A DNA stretch of 64,000 bases from Alphaproteobacteria bacterium (GTDB taxonomy: Bacteria; Pseudomonadota; Alphaproteobacteria; UBA828). The stretch spans positions 1,472,001 through 1,536,000 of the forward strand of contig OZ243972.1 of assembly GCA_965214705.1 (NCBI GenBank), read 5' to 3'. The number at the start of each line of letters is the position of its first letter. Positions within the stretch are counted from its first letter, which is position 1. Shown here piece by piece: positions 31,870-41,882 of this stretch. The translations under genes were made by a program, and so were the position numbers. The notes beneath the pieces are model-generated. The model saw only the letters and a program-made list of their open reading frames with translations, did not search any database and was not told where the DNA came from.

Positions 31870-32775
31870 TCACGCCGCTTCATCCCAGGATTTGCCCCTC
31901 TTACTTGCAATCTCCCCCTTTATCCAAATTCGGAATGCCACCACCTCCGGCCGGTTGAGTTCAGTTCTGGGTATCAACAACCAAAAGGAGTCATCGACCG
32001 ACATACTCTGGACGATAGGGCGCACGAGCCGACCTGAAGCTAGTTCGTCATGGGCCACGGTGGTGCTAATAAGTAAGACCCCCTTGCCCTGACGCACGGC
32101 GTCCAGGAGCAGCCCCGCAGCCAGGTGGGGACCGTCCACAGTATCGGCAGCGTCGAGGCCGATGACCTTCAAGAAAGTAGACCAATCCGGCCACTTCCAA
32201 GCGTTCTCGATGTTCTCGCGGTGCAGCAGAGTGGCGCCGGCAAGATTGTCATCCTGGCAGACTTCCCGCCGGCACACGGGGAATATCTTCTCGGAGTCGG
32301 TCAGTCGCTCGGCGACCGTCATCGCGTCGTCCTCGTAACGCCCCCAGCCGATGACCATATCGGCGTTCTTCGCAACCCTTACTCGCTCTGCCTTGTCGAT
32401 GAGAATCACGTCGATTCCCGGGTGCCCCGCGCTGAAGTTGTCGAGGCGGGGAATGAGCCATGAAGACGCGAACATCGGCGGCACAAGGATCCGCAACTTG
32501 TCGTAATGCGACGTCTGACGAAGCCGATCGACGGCGGAGGCGATCTGGGCGAATGCATCCTCAAGGCCGTTTGCCAGGCGATGGCCGTCAACTGTGAGAC
32601 GCACGTGGCGGCCGCTCCTGGTCAGAAGGGGGACGCCCAAGGCTTCTTCGAGGTTGCTGATTTGACGGCTTACCGCGCTGGGTGTGACGACCAACTCGGT
32701 AGCAGCAGCCGCCACCGAACTCAGACGCGCCACAGCATCGAATGCGCGCAGGGCATTGAGGGAGGGTTCATCCAT
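31870..32775 (-). CDS. LysR-family regulator (GcvA-like); last residues replaced by IS66 sequence
   Basis: PSLNALRAFD, TPSAVSRQI and WLIPRL motifs; removing the IS66 restores the end ...EIARCFRS*. Confidence 0.9.
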   Translation of the reverse strand: MDEPSLNALRAFDAVARLSSVAAAATELVVTPSAVSRQISNLEEALGVPLLTRSGRHVRLTVDGHRLANGLEDAFAQIASAVDRLRQTSHYDKLRILVPPMFASSWLIPRLDNFSAGHPGIDVILIDKAERVRVAKNADMVIGWGRYEDDAMTVAERLTDSEKIFPVCRREVCQDDNLAGATLLHRENIENAWKWPDWSTFLKVIGLDAADTVDGPHLAAGLLLDAVRQGKGVLLISTTVAHDELASGRLVRPIVQSMSVDDSFWLLIPRTELNRPEVVAFRIWIKGEIASKRGKSWDEAA

Positions 32776-33165
32776 CACGTTACATTCGTGCAATTATGGA
32801 ACCATTTCGTAGCAATTTCTCCACAACTGAGCACACTCGGGAGCACGTATTGCCTTGCGACCAAGTGTCGAGCAGATTTTGAACTGACCGGCTTATGTGC
32901 CAGATGAGTTGACCGCTTCGGTTGGTGTTGTTGGGCCTTGTGGATAAGCGCTCCACGCCTGTCCACTTGTCCACAAGGCCCTCGACCGGTCGCGTCGAAG
33001 CGTCTCACGTGGCCCGACGGGTTGGGGTGTCGGTGGGCTCGTCCGTGGCTCGGTAGCGGATTAGGCAGCGAGGGTCGTATGAAGACGGCCAACATTCCCT
33101 AATACTAGTGCACCTGACCGTGGCCTTGACGTAGTGGCGGCGATGACGCTCAGCGGGGAGTCGGT

Positions 33166-33187
33166 GTGTTGTGTTGTGTTGTGTTGT
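33166..33187. repeat. (GTGTT)4 microsatellite
   Basis: Read directly from the sequence. Confidence 0.9.
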
Positions 33188-33292
33188 CCGGTTGCAGTTG
33201 GTGCGGTCCTCCTGGATGCAGAGGATGTCGTCGAACGCGCCGGCGAAGCGGACGAAGGCTGAGCCTTCGGCTTCGGGGAGGGGGTACCCGAG

Positions 33293-35495
33293 CAGGGCGA
33301 ATTTGTCCAAGCCTGATTTTTGAGTTCTGCGCTACGAGTTGACCTTGGGTCTGGTCAGCGCGCGCCAACCCTGCTATGGATTGAGGCGACTGGATTCGCG
33401 GTGTTCTGCTGCGGATCGGCTTCGAGCAGGGGGACGGTTTCTACGGTGGATCTTTCCGAGGTCGATGTCGCTGCTGTCCGGCCGGAGGACGAGGCCCGGT
33501 TCCGCGCGCTGATGGAGGGGCATCACTACCTGGGTGCGTCTGCGAAGGTGGGGGCGACGGCGTGGTACGTCGCCCATCGGCGCGGCGAGTGGCTGGCGCT
33601 GGCCGTGTTTTCGGCTGCGGCGCGCAAGTGCCGGGCGCGGGACGAGTGGATCGGCTGGGACTTCCGCACGCAGCACGGGCGGCTGCATCTGATCGCGAAC
33701 AACGCGCGCTTCCTGATCCTGCCGGGACGGGGTGTTCCGAACCTCGGCTCGCGGGTGCTGGGGCTTTGCGCGCGGCGCTTGGCGCGCGACTGGCCGGCCC
33801 GCTTCGGCCACCCCGTGCTGATGCTGGAAACATTCGTGGACGCGGCGAGGTTCCGGGGCACGGTCTACCGGGCGGCTGGATGGCTGGCGGTCGGCCAGAC
33901 CCGCGGCTTCCGGCGCCACCGCTCGGGCTATGTCGCCGGCTCGACGCCGAAGCTTGTGCTGCTGCGCCCCCTGGTTCCCGACGCCTGCCGCCGGCTGTCC
34001 GCTGCCGGGCTGGATCGGGAGTTGTGGAAGAAAGGAGTTCCGAGAACCATGATCAGCGCCGCTCAGCAAGAGTCGCTCTACGCCTACTTCAAGGACATCG
34101 ACGACCCCCGCACGCGCAAGGGACGGCGGCATTCGCTGCCCAGCGTGCTCGCGCTTGCGAGTGGCGCGACGCTCTGCGGCATGCGAGGCTGGAAGGCCAT
34201 GTCCGAGTGGGTCGACGATCTCGGCGAGAAGGCGCTGGCCCGCTTCGGCGTGCGGCTGCGCGACGGGGTGCGCCGGCCGCCTTCGATGTCGACCATCCGC
34301 AATGTGGTGATCCGGGTGGACCCGGACCAGTTGGACGAGGCGTTGCGCAAGTGGCAGGAGGCCCACGGCTCAGGCGACGCGGCGCTTGCCATCGACGGCA
34401 AGACCCTGAGGGGGGCCATCGACGAGGACGGGACCCAGGCTCATGTCATGAGCGCGGTCGGGCACGAGACCAAGGCCACGCTCGCCCAAAAAAACTTCTC
34501 CTGAAAGTCGGGGCCGACGAGGAGACAAAGCGCACCAACGAGATCGGCACCGTGACGGCGCTGGTGGACCTGATCCCGAACATCGCGGGCAAGACGGTCA
34601 CGACGGACGCGCTGCTAACCCAGCGCAAGTTCGCCCGCTACCTGCTCGACCGGGGCGCGCACTTCATGTTCATCGTGAAAGGGAACCAGAAGACCATGCG
34701 GGACGATGTGACGCTGCTCTTCGAAGAGGCGCCGGAGCGTGAGCCCGACTTCGAGGAGGAGGCCGCGCTGTCGCACGGACGCATCGAGCAGCGGGCAATC
34801 TGGACGAGCACGGAGTTGAACGGCTTTCTCGACTTCCCGGGCGTCGGCCAGGTCTTCATGATCGAGCGCTCCCGCCAGGACAAGAAGACCGGCGAGACCG
34901 GCACCGAGACCGCCTACGGGATCTCCAGCCACACGCCCGGCACGGCCAACGCGCAGAGCCTGCTCGCCCTCAACCGCGGCCACTGGTGCATCGAGAACAG
35001 CTCGCACCACTGCCTCGACTGGACCTGGGACGAGGACCGCAGCCGCATACGCACAGGCTTCGGCCCCGAGAACATGACCCGCCTGCGGCGCTTCGCCATC
35101 GGCCTGATCAAGGGCCGGGGGCTCGAGGTCGCCTCGACCGTGCGCAGGCTCGCCCGCAACGTCCGCGCCGTCCTCGACTTCCTGAAAATGACCGGGAACA
35201 CCCAGCCGAGGACCGCAAAGCGCGCCGCGCCGGCCTGAACCCCGGCGCCCGGCAAGCCGGGCGCAAAGATCGTACCTGCCCTCGCTCCCGACCACGCCGG
35301 TGGCGCGATCCATCATGTCGGGGCACCGCCAAATCGCGACGGCACCGCCCGCACCGCCCACACGGTAATGCCAGAACCGTCTGACCGAACCGGATGCTCG
35401 GCCAGACCCCGCCGCAAACCCCGCAACAAAGCCGATCCGCACAACCCGTGGCCAGAACTCAACTGCCTACCAGCCGCTTGGACAAATTTGCCCTG
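33293..35495 (+). mobile_element. ISAs1-family element with DUF4338 domain (complete)
   Basis: 20-bp IR cagggc(g/a)aatttgtccaagc; 10-bp TSD ggtacccgag (33283-33292, 35496-35505). Confidence 0.93.
33446..35238 (+). CDS. DUF4338-ISAs1 transposase fusion, expressed through a -1 frameshift
   Basis: HHYLG, NNARFLILP, LETFVD and GTVYRAAGW (DUF4338); DPR..G.RH, IDGKTLRG, NEI, DAL and HWCIEN..H..LD (ISAs1); slippery A AAA AAC at 34489-34495; start uncertain. Confidence 0.85.
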
Positions 35496-35615
35496 GGTAC
35501 CCGAGAAGTGGGCGTTGTGCTGGGGCAGATAGACCTCCTTAGAGGAAGCGTGGAGGATCGCCCCAGTCATCATGGGGTTCAGGTCAGCCGGCTTCTGTAT
35601 TGTGCAGCCTTTGCT

Positions 35616-36003
35616 GGCGCCGCCGCGGCCCGACGGAACGCCCTCATGGCTGAACACGCAAGTATGGCGCATTGGCGCTTCATTGCACTCACGAATCACG
35701 AAGTCCTGCAGGGGCAACCGCTCACTGTCCGCACCGGCCGCCCGCGCCTCGCCCAGTAGTCCAGGCCAACTCGTTCGCATCGCCCAACCCCCCGTGAACT
35801 TGTTCTCTTCCTTAATCTAAGCCGCGCATCATACTCGCATAGTAACGCATGACAAGACCGTCGCGGAAGACGTTGCGCAAAGGATGAGTCAGGGAGATAT
35901 TCAAGCCGACAAGTGTAGAATAACATCTCTTGTGTATCGCTAAATTACGTCTTAAAGTATCCTGATAGTAACTTATGACCCACATCCGCAGTCGATGCCG
36001 CCG
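35616..36003 (-). repeat. 388-bp inverted repeat, copy 2
   Basis: Reverse complement of 20422-20809. Confidence 0.95.
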
Positions 36004-36205
36004 TTGCCCGAGAGGACGGGGCCTTGACGGAACGCGACGAAACGGCACGGGAAGCGGTCCCGGACCTGCCGTTGCCGGCTTTCCTGCGGCGCGCGAGCTT
36101 CCTCGACATGACTGCCGGTATCGTCGCCTGGCACGACCACCCGCTGTTCGCCGGAACCGTCACCCCGGAGGACCTTGCCCGCTACCCGTGGATCGACTTC
36201 GACTA
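36004..36205 (+). pseudogene. LysR substrate-binding domain fragment
   Basis: GIVAWHDHPL...PEDLARYPWIDF. Confidence 0.55.
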
Positions 36206-36452
36206 CCGTATTGGCCATCTTGGGCCTCGCCGACCGTCTCGCTCAGGCGACCGACCGCCGCGACGATTCCCTCGGACTGGACATCGACGAGGATCGACTG
36301 CCCAGGAAGGTGCAACCGCACACCACCAGGAGCAGAGGCCAGCCCGAATCCAGTGCGCTCACGCATAGCCCGGACCTTTCCGAGCGCATCCACACCACGT
36401 TTCCCGTGCTACACTCTTACCTTTCGGCCCACGATCACAGAAAGGTACGACC

Positions 36453-36611
36453 ATGTCAGACGTCGCCACTCTCTCATCCAAGTACCAAATCTCGATTCCG
36501 AAGAAAATTCGGGAAGCTCAGAACTGGATACCCGGCCAGAAATTCGCGTTCCTTCCCCAAGGACACCACGTACTGCTTGTTCCAGTCCCCAAAGCCGAAG
36601 ATCTACGGTAA
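36453..36611 (+). pseudogene. AbrB/MazE/SpoVT-family antitoxin truncated by IS66 (52 aa; not in the ORF track)
   Basis: MSDVATLSSKYQISIPKKIRE...PGQKF...LLVP; AAGG RBS; stop TAA supplied by the IS IR. Confidence 0.8.
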
Positions 36612-36711
36612 GCATCCGGCGTGGGCCATTGTTTCCGGTCGCGCGGGTTTCGGCCGGGTGGTAGCTTGGCTCCCTGGACCTTGAGTGTTCGTGGCGGTCA
36701 CGGATTACGAC

Positions 36712-36933
36712 ATGCTGGCACAGCAGATATCGTTGCTTCTCGAGTCCACCATTACTTGTCCGGCGTGCGGCCACTCCAAGGCCGAGACGATGCCGACGGA
36801 CGCCCGTCAGTGGTTCTACGATTGCCGTCATTGCGGAGCAGTTCTCAAGCCTAAACCCGGGGATTGCTGCGTGTACTGCTCTTACGCCACGGTGCCCTGT
36901 CCGCCGGTGCAACGGGGTGCCTGCGAACGATAA
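36712..36933 (+). CDS. GDCCVxC domain-containing small Cys-rich protein
   Basis: STITCPACG...MPTD...C--C...LKPKPGDCCVYCSY..VPCPPVQ. Confidence 0.88.
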   Translation: MLAQQISLLLESTITCPACGHSKAETMPTDARQWFYDCRHCGAVLKPKPGDCCVYCSYATVPCPPVQRGACER

Positions 36934-36943
36934 GAGCCGCAGG

Positions 36944-38530
36944 CTACGCGGCGATTGCCTGCTGTCGTCGGGCCTCCCAATGCCAGGGGAGGAGTTCGTG
37001 CAGGCGGGTCTGCGGCAGCCCGGCGATGCAATCGAGGACGTCGGCAAGCCAGGCCTGCGGGTCGACGTCGTTGAGCTTGGCCGTGCCGATGAGGGTGTAC
37101 ATCACCGCCGCCCGCTCGCCGCCGCGATCGGAGCCGCAGAACAGCCATGATTTGCGTCCGAGACAGATGCCGCGCAGCGCCCTCTCTGCGGCGTTGTTGG
37201 TCAGGCAGATGCGGCCATCGTCGAGGAAGCGGGTGAAGCCGTCCCAGCGCTTCAACATGTAATCCATCGCCTTGGCCACGGCGGCGTGGCGCGAGAGCCC
37301 AGCGCGCTCCGTGCGCATCCAGTCCTCGAGCGCGGCGACAAGCGGCGCACTCCGCTCCCGGCGCACGGCAAGACGCCACTCGGCACTCTCGCCGTTGATC
37401 GCACGCTCGATATCGAAAATCGCGTCGATCCGCGTCACCGCCTCCAGCGCCAGCGGCGAGATCGGCGGCGCGCTCTTGCCGCGCCTCTTGCCGGCCGCGA
37501 TGTCGGCGAGCTCATAGAACTTGCGCCGGCCATGGCTCCAGCAGAGCGCCTCGGACACGGATCCAGGAGAACGGCTGGGCTCGTAGAGCCGACGGTAGCC
37601 GGCATAGGCGTCGGCCTGCAGAATCCCGGCGAAGGTCCGGAGGTGCTCGACCGGGTGATCGCCCGAGCGATCCCGGGAATAGCGGAACAGCGCCGCCGGC
37701 GGGTCTGGACCGGCGAACGGCTTATCGTCGCGCACATAGACCCAGGCTCGCGCCGTGTCCGTCTTGCCCTTGGCCAGCACCGGCACAGGCGTGTCGTCTC
37801 CGTGCAGGCGTTTTGCCGCCAGCACGTGGGCCTCGATCAGGTCGTGCAACGGCTTCAGCGCCACGGCACACGCACCCACCTGGTCAGCCAGCGTCGAGGT
37901 GCTCAGATCGATCCCTTCGCGGGCGTAGCGATCTCTTTGCCGGTTCAGAGGCTGATGCTGCCCGTACTTCTCGAAGAGGATCGTCGCCAGAAGGTTGGGA
38001 CCCGCCCAGCCGCGCGGCGTCGCATGGAACGGCGCCGGCGGCTGGGAGATCTTCTCGCACTCCCGACACGTGAACTTCTCCCGCACCGTCTGGATCACCT
38101 TCCACCGGCGCGGGATCACCTCCAGCGTCTCCGTCACGTCCTCGCCAATCTTCGACAGCCGCTCCGATCCACAGCAGGAGCAGGCCGTCGGCCCCGGCAC
38201 CACCACCCGTTCGCGCGGCAGATGCTCGGGGAAGGGCTTGCGCGAAGGCTTGCGGCGGGCGAACGCCTTCACCTCGGTGGTCTGCGACGCCGCCTTCTCG
38301 GCCGCGAGATCGTCCTCTGTCGCGCTCGCTGTGAGCTCGTCCAGGGCAAGCTCAAGCTGGTCGAGCAGGCGCTCCTTGCGCTCGGACCGCTGCCCGTAGA
38401 GTGCGCGGCGCAGCTTCTCGATCATCAGCGTCAGGGAAGCGATCTGCGCCTCGGCCGCCGTCGCCCGCGCCTGCGACGCCGCAAGCGCGGCCTCAAGGGC
38501 TGCAATGTTACGTCGGGCCGTTCCGGTCAT
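36944..38530 (-). CDS. tnpC: IS66-family transposase TnpC
   Basis: CxxC zinc finger; HGDDT, QADAY, CWSH, NNAAERALR and ELLPWHW motifs. Confidence 0.93.
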   Translation of the reverse strand: MTGTARRNIAALEAALAASQARATAAEAQIASLTLMIEKLRRALYGQRSERKERLLDQLELALDELTASATEDDLAAEKAASQTTEVKAFARRKPSRKPFPEHLPRERVVVPGPTACSCCGSERLSKIGEDVTETLEVIPRRWKVIQTVREKFTCRECEKISQPPAPFHATPRGWAGPNLLATILFEKYGQHQPLNRQRDRYAREGIDLSTSTLADQVGACAVALKPLHDLIEAHVLAAKRLHGDDTPVPVLAKGKTDTARAWVYVRDDKPFAGPDPPAALFRYSRDRSGDHPVEHLRTFAGILQADAYAGYRRLYEPSRSPGSVSEALCWSHGRRKFYELADIAAGKRRGKSAPPISPLALEAVTRIDAIFDIERAINGESAEWRLAVRRERSAPLVAALEDWMRTERAGLSRHAAVAKAMDYMLKRWDGFTRFLDDGRICLTNNAAERALRGICLGRKSWLFCGSDRGGERAAVMYTLIGTAKLNDVDPQAWLADVLDCIAGLPQTRLHELLPWHWEARRQQAIAA

Positions 38531-39226
38531 GGCGCGGGGAGCGAATCAGATTCGCCCGCTCCACCACGTATCGGATCCAAATGTTGGGCATCTGCCGCGG
38601 AATTTGGGTTGTTGAAGCGCACAGGGGGCAGATCTGCAAGACCCAGGACCGCTTCGGGGCGAATGATCTCACAATGCCCATCGACAACGACCAAGAATGC
38701 ACGGAGAATGACGTGGTGATCGGCATGTTCGTGGGGAATGGATTGCGGGAAAGAGGTGCCCGGATGAGGTGAGCGCGGGAATGAGGGGCACGCCCGCGGG
38801 AATCGTGTTCTCGACGTGCGTGATCGTGCCGGGCCAATCGGCCTCGTCGAGACGTGCGCGAACTACAATGAGCTGATCTCGGGGAACGATGCGTGAGAGT
38901 AGAATCGTCATCGCCTGGCTGTCCTCGTTGCCCGAGGAGTTGATTGCGGCCAGGGCACTGTCACCAATCTGCTGCCGGCACTTTCAGGTTGATTCTCAGA
39001 GAGTCTTCCCGACGAAGTTTCTTGGGAAGGAATGAGCACACGGACGTTTGGTCGCTGGTCTTCGAAGGGCTGACGCAATATTGCGCGCCATACCGCCAAC
39101 ATTGCAGATGCCGACTCTGACTCCAGTGCCAGAATATTCGGCGACGTTTGCGGGTGGCGTTTCGTCGTCTCTTTGATGTAAGAACGCCCTAATTCGGATC
39201 GGACGGCAGCTTGGGGGAGAAAATTC

Positions 39227-39514
39227 ATGGCCACGGCATCTTCGATCCATATCGATGAAAGCGCGCTTACCAAGGGGCAGCGTCGCAAGCTCAACGCCCT
39301 CCGAAAATCAGTGGGCAATGAGGTCGGCGAGAGAGCCTTCTCCGAGTGGCTGGCGCAACAGGATGCGGGGAAAGGGCAGTTGGACGCGAACGCGGCGCTG
39401 ATCGTGGATACCCTCTGGCCACTGGTGCAACAGGGCACGCTCTCCATCCCGCGGGGCGGCTACCTGCTCCGGCGTGGGCGCGGACGCATTATCGTCGAGC
39501 CGGCACGGTCGTAG
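39227..39514 (+). CDS. Small hypothetical protein
   Basis: GGAG RBS; 95 aa with plausible composition. Confidence 0.6.
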   Translation: MATASSIHIDESALTKGQRRKLNALRKSVGNEVGERAFSEWLAQQDAGKGQLDANAALIVDTLWPLVQQGTLSIPRGGYLLRRGRGRIIVEPARS

Positions 39515-39868
39515 CCTCGGACGACGCGCCGCGATCCCCGGCGCCGGCCGCGGCACGGTCCGGATAGGGCGGAGCCCGCTTCAGTCGGCGCTGCTCCGAC
39601 CCCGCGCTCCTCCCAGCCCGAGGATCGGGAACTCCCTGAAGACGATACGCCGGTCATCGTTCCGGCATTCGTGCCGTTGGATGGTGCCGCTCAGGCCCCC
39701 CGAGCTGTAGCCAGGTGTCCCCCGTCGAGCGTTGCCGGACATCGCGCCTGCCGTGCCCGATCCCAACGAGGGTCAGTTCGTTGGTGAGCATCCGGTGAAG
39801 GCCGCGCTGCATTCGGCATGGTTTTGCCGGCGCTGGACGCCCAGTCGGTCTCGAGTGGAGAGCGCCGG

Positions 39869-41455
39869 CTACGCGGCCAGGGCCTGCTGACGGTCGGCCT
39901 TCCAGTGCCAAGGGAGGAGTTCCGGCAGACGGGTCTGCGGCATCTCGGCGATGCGATCGAGGACGTCGGCGAGCCAGGCCTGCGGGTCGACGTCGTTGAG
40001 CTTGGCGGTGCCGATCAGGGTGTACATCACAGCGGCCCGCGCGCCGCCACGATCGGAGCCGGCGAAGAGCCATGACCTGCGTCCGAGACAGAGCGGCCTG
40101 AGCGCCCGCTCTGCGGCGTTATTGGTGAGGCAGATGCGGCCATCATCGAGGAAGCGGGCGAAGCCGTCCCAGCGCTTCAACATGTAATCCATCGCCTTGG
40201 CCACGGCGGCGTGGCGCGAGAGCCCGGCACGCTCGGTGCGCATCCAGTCTTCGAGCTCCGCGACGAGCGGCGCGCTCCGTTCCCGGCGCACGGCCAGGCG
40301 CCGCTCGGCACTCTCGCCGTTGATCGCACGCTCGATATCGAAGATCGCGTCGATGCGCTTCACAGCCTCCAAAGCCAGCGGCGAGATCGGCGGCGCCCGC
40401 TTGCCGCGCCTCTTGCCGGCCGCGATGTCGGCGAGCTCATAGAACTTGCGCCGGCCATGGCTCCAGCAGAGCGCCTCGGTCACGGGTCCAGGAGAACGGC
40501 TGGGCTCGTAGAGCCGGCGGTAGCCGGCATAGGCGTCGGCCTGCAGGATCCCGGCGAAGGTCCGGAGGTGCTCGACCGGGTGATCGCCCGAGCGATCCCG
40601 GGAATAGCGGAACAGCGCCGCCGGCGGGTCCCGACCGGCGAACGGCTTGTCATCACGCACATAGACCCAGGCTCGCGCCGTGTCCGTCTTGCCCTTGGCC
40701 AGCACCGGCACAGGGGTATCGTCGCCGTGCAGGCGTTTTGCCGCCAGCACGTGGGCCTCGATCAGGTCATGCAGCGGCTTCAGCGCCACGGCACACGCGC
40801 CCACCTGGTCGGCCAGCGTCGAGGTGCTGAGATCGATCCCTTCGCGGGCGTAGCGATCTCTTTGCCGGTTCAGAGGCTGATGCTGCCCGTACTTCTCGAA
40901 GAGGATTGTCGCCAGCAGGTTGGGCCCCGCCCAGCCGCGCGGCGTCGCGTGGAACGGCGCCGGCGGTTGGGAGATCTTCTCGCAATCCCGGCAGCTGAAC
41001 TTCTCGCGCACCGTCTGGATCACCTTCCACCGGCGCGGGATCACCTCCAGCGTCTCGGTCACGTCCTCGCCCACCTTCGACAGCCGCTCCGACCCGCAAC
41101 ACGTGCAGGACGTGGGCCCCGGCACCACCACGCGCTCGCGCGGCAGATGATCGGGGAAGGGCTTGCGCGAAGGCTTGCGGCGGACGAAGCCCTTCACCTC
41201 AGTGGTCTGCGACGCAGCCTTCTCGGCCGCGAGATCGTCCTCGCTGGCGTCGGCCGTGAGATCGTCGAGGGCGAGCTCAAGCTGATTGAGAAGACGCTCC
41301 TTGCGCTCGGACCGCTGCCCGTAGAGTGCGCGGCGCAGCTTCTCGATCATTAGCTTCAGAGAAGCGATCTGCGCCTCGGCCGCCGACACCCGCGCCTGCG
41401 ATGCCGCAAGGGCTGCTTCGAGGGCTTCAAAGTCGCAGCGGGCCGTACCGGTCAT
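39869..41455 (-). CDS. tnpC: IS66-family transposase TnpC
   Basis: Close paralogue of 36944-38530. Confidence 0.93.
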   Translation of the reverse strand: MTGTARCDFEALEAALAASQARVSAAEAQIASLKLMIEKLRRALYGQRSERKERLLNQLELALDDLTADASEDDLAAEKAASQTTEVKGFVRRKPSRKPFPDHLPRERVVVPGPTSCTCCGSERLSKVGEDVTETLEVIPRRWKVIQTVREKFSCRDCEKISQPPAPFHATPRGWAGPNLLATILFEKYGQHQPLNRQRDRYAREGIDLSTSTLADQVGACAVALKPLHDLIEAHVLAAKRLHGDDTPVPVLAKGKTDTARAWVYVRDDKPFAGRDPPAALFRYSRDRSGDHPVEHLRTFAGILQADAYAGYRRLYEPSRSPGPVTEALCWSHGRRKFYELADIAAGKRRGKRAPPISPLALEAVKRIDAIFDIERAINGESAERRLAVRRERSAPLVAELEDWMRTERAGLSRHAAVAKAMDYMLKRWDGFARFLDDGRICLTNNAAERALRPLCLGRRSWLFAGSDRGGARAAVMYTLIGTAKLNDVDPQAWLADVLDRIAEMPQTRLPELLPWHWKADRQQALAA

Positions 41456-41534
41456 GGGGCGCGGAGCGAATCAGATTCGCTGACCCTTGGCAATTGCTAA
41501 TCGCGATGGACCATCCAGATCGTGTTGCCGGGGC

Positions 41535-41882
41535 TCAGCCCGCCCGCGACGGCCGCCAGGTCCGCACCGGATTGCGCCAATCGATCCCCTCCAACAGGTA
41601 GCCGAGCTGCGCCGCGCTAATCGATACCGCGCCGCCAGCTGTCGACGGCCAGGGGAACCGTCCCCGCTCCAGACGCTTGGTGTAGAGCGAGGTGCCGACG
41701 CCGTCGTGCCACAAAATTTTGACGAGGTCGCCTCTGCGTCCGCGGAAGACATAGAGATCCCCCACATGGGGATCGCGTCCGAGGTCCTGCTGGACCTGCA
41801 GAGCCAGCGTGTTCATGCCGCGCCGCATGTCTGTCACGCCGGTCGCAAGCCACACCCGCACACCGCTCGGAACCGGGATCAT
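41535..41882 (-). CDS. tnpB: IS66 accessory protein TnpB
   Basis: TDMRRG, KILWHD, KRLERGRF and LLEGIDW motifs. Confidence 0.93.
   Translation of the reverse strand: MIPVPSGVRVWLATGVTDMRRGMNTLALQVQQDLGRDPHVGDLYVFRGRRGDLVKILWHDGVGTSLYTKRLERGRFPWPSTAGGAVSISAAQLGYLLEGIDWRNPVRTWRPSRAG

Larger units (their letters stand above)
29614..31904 (+). mobile_element. IS66-family element, single-ORF type (complete)
   Basis: Perfect 22-bp IR gtaagaggggcaaatcctggga; 8-bp TSD ttgcaatc (29606-29613, 31905-31912). Confidence 0.93.
32866..35545 (-). pseudogene. ISNCY (IS481-like) transposase C-terminus and right end, interrupted by ISAs1
   Basis: EVYLPQHNAHF | AEGSAFVRFAGAFDDILCIQEDRT...RHYVKATVR lie on either side of the ISAs1; TGT end at 32866 with internal TGACCG repeats. 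Confidence 0.72.
36608..38560 (-). mobile_element. IS66-family element, right half (tnpA/tnpB and left end missing)
   Basis: IR gtaagcatccggcgtgggcc at 36608 matches the IS66 end at 42401-42420 at 17/20 positions. Confidence 0.8.

Noticed and set aside
29634-31883. Complete self-splicing intron enclosing the IS66 transposase
   Set aside because: aagccggaatcacgccgcttc (31861-31881) only loosely resembles domain V and leaves no room for domain VI
20422-36003. Classical ON/OFF invertible promoter switch
   Set aside because: The putative promoter is inside both repeats, so inversion would not change what it drives; no dedicated invertase is adjacent
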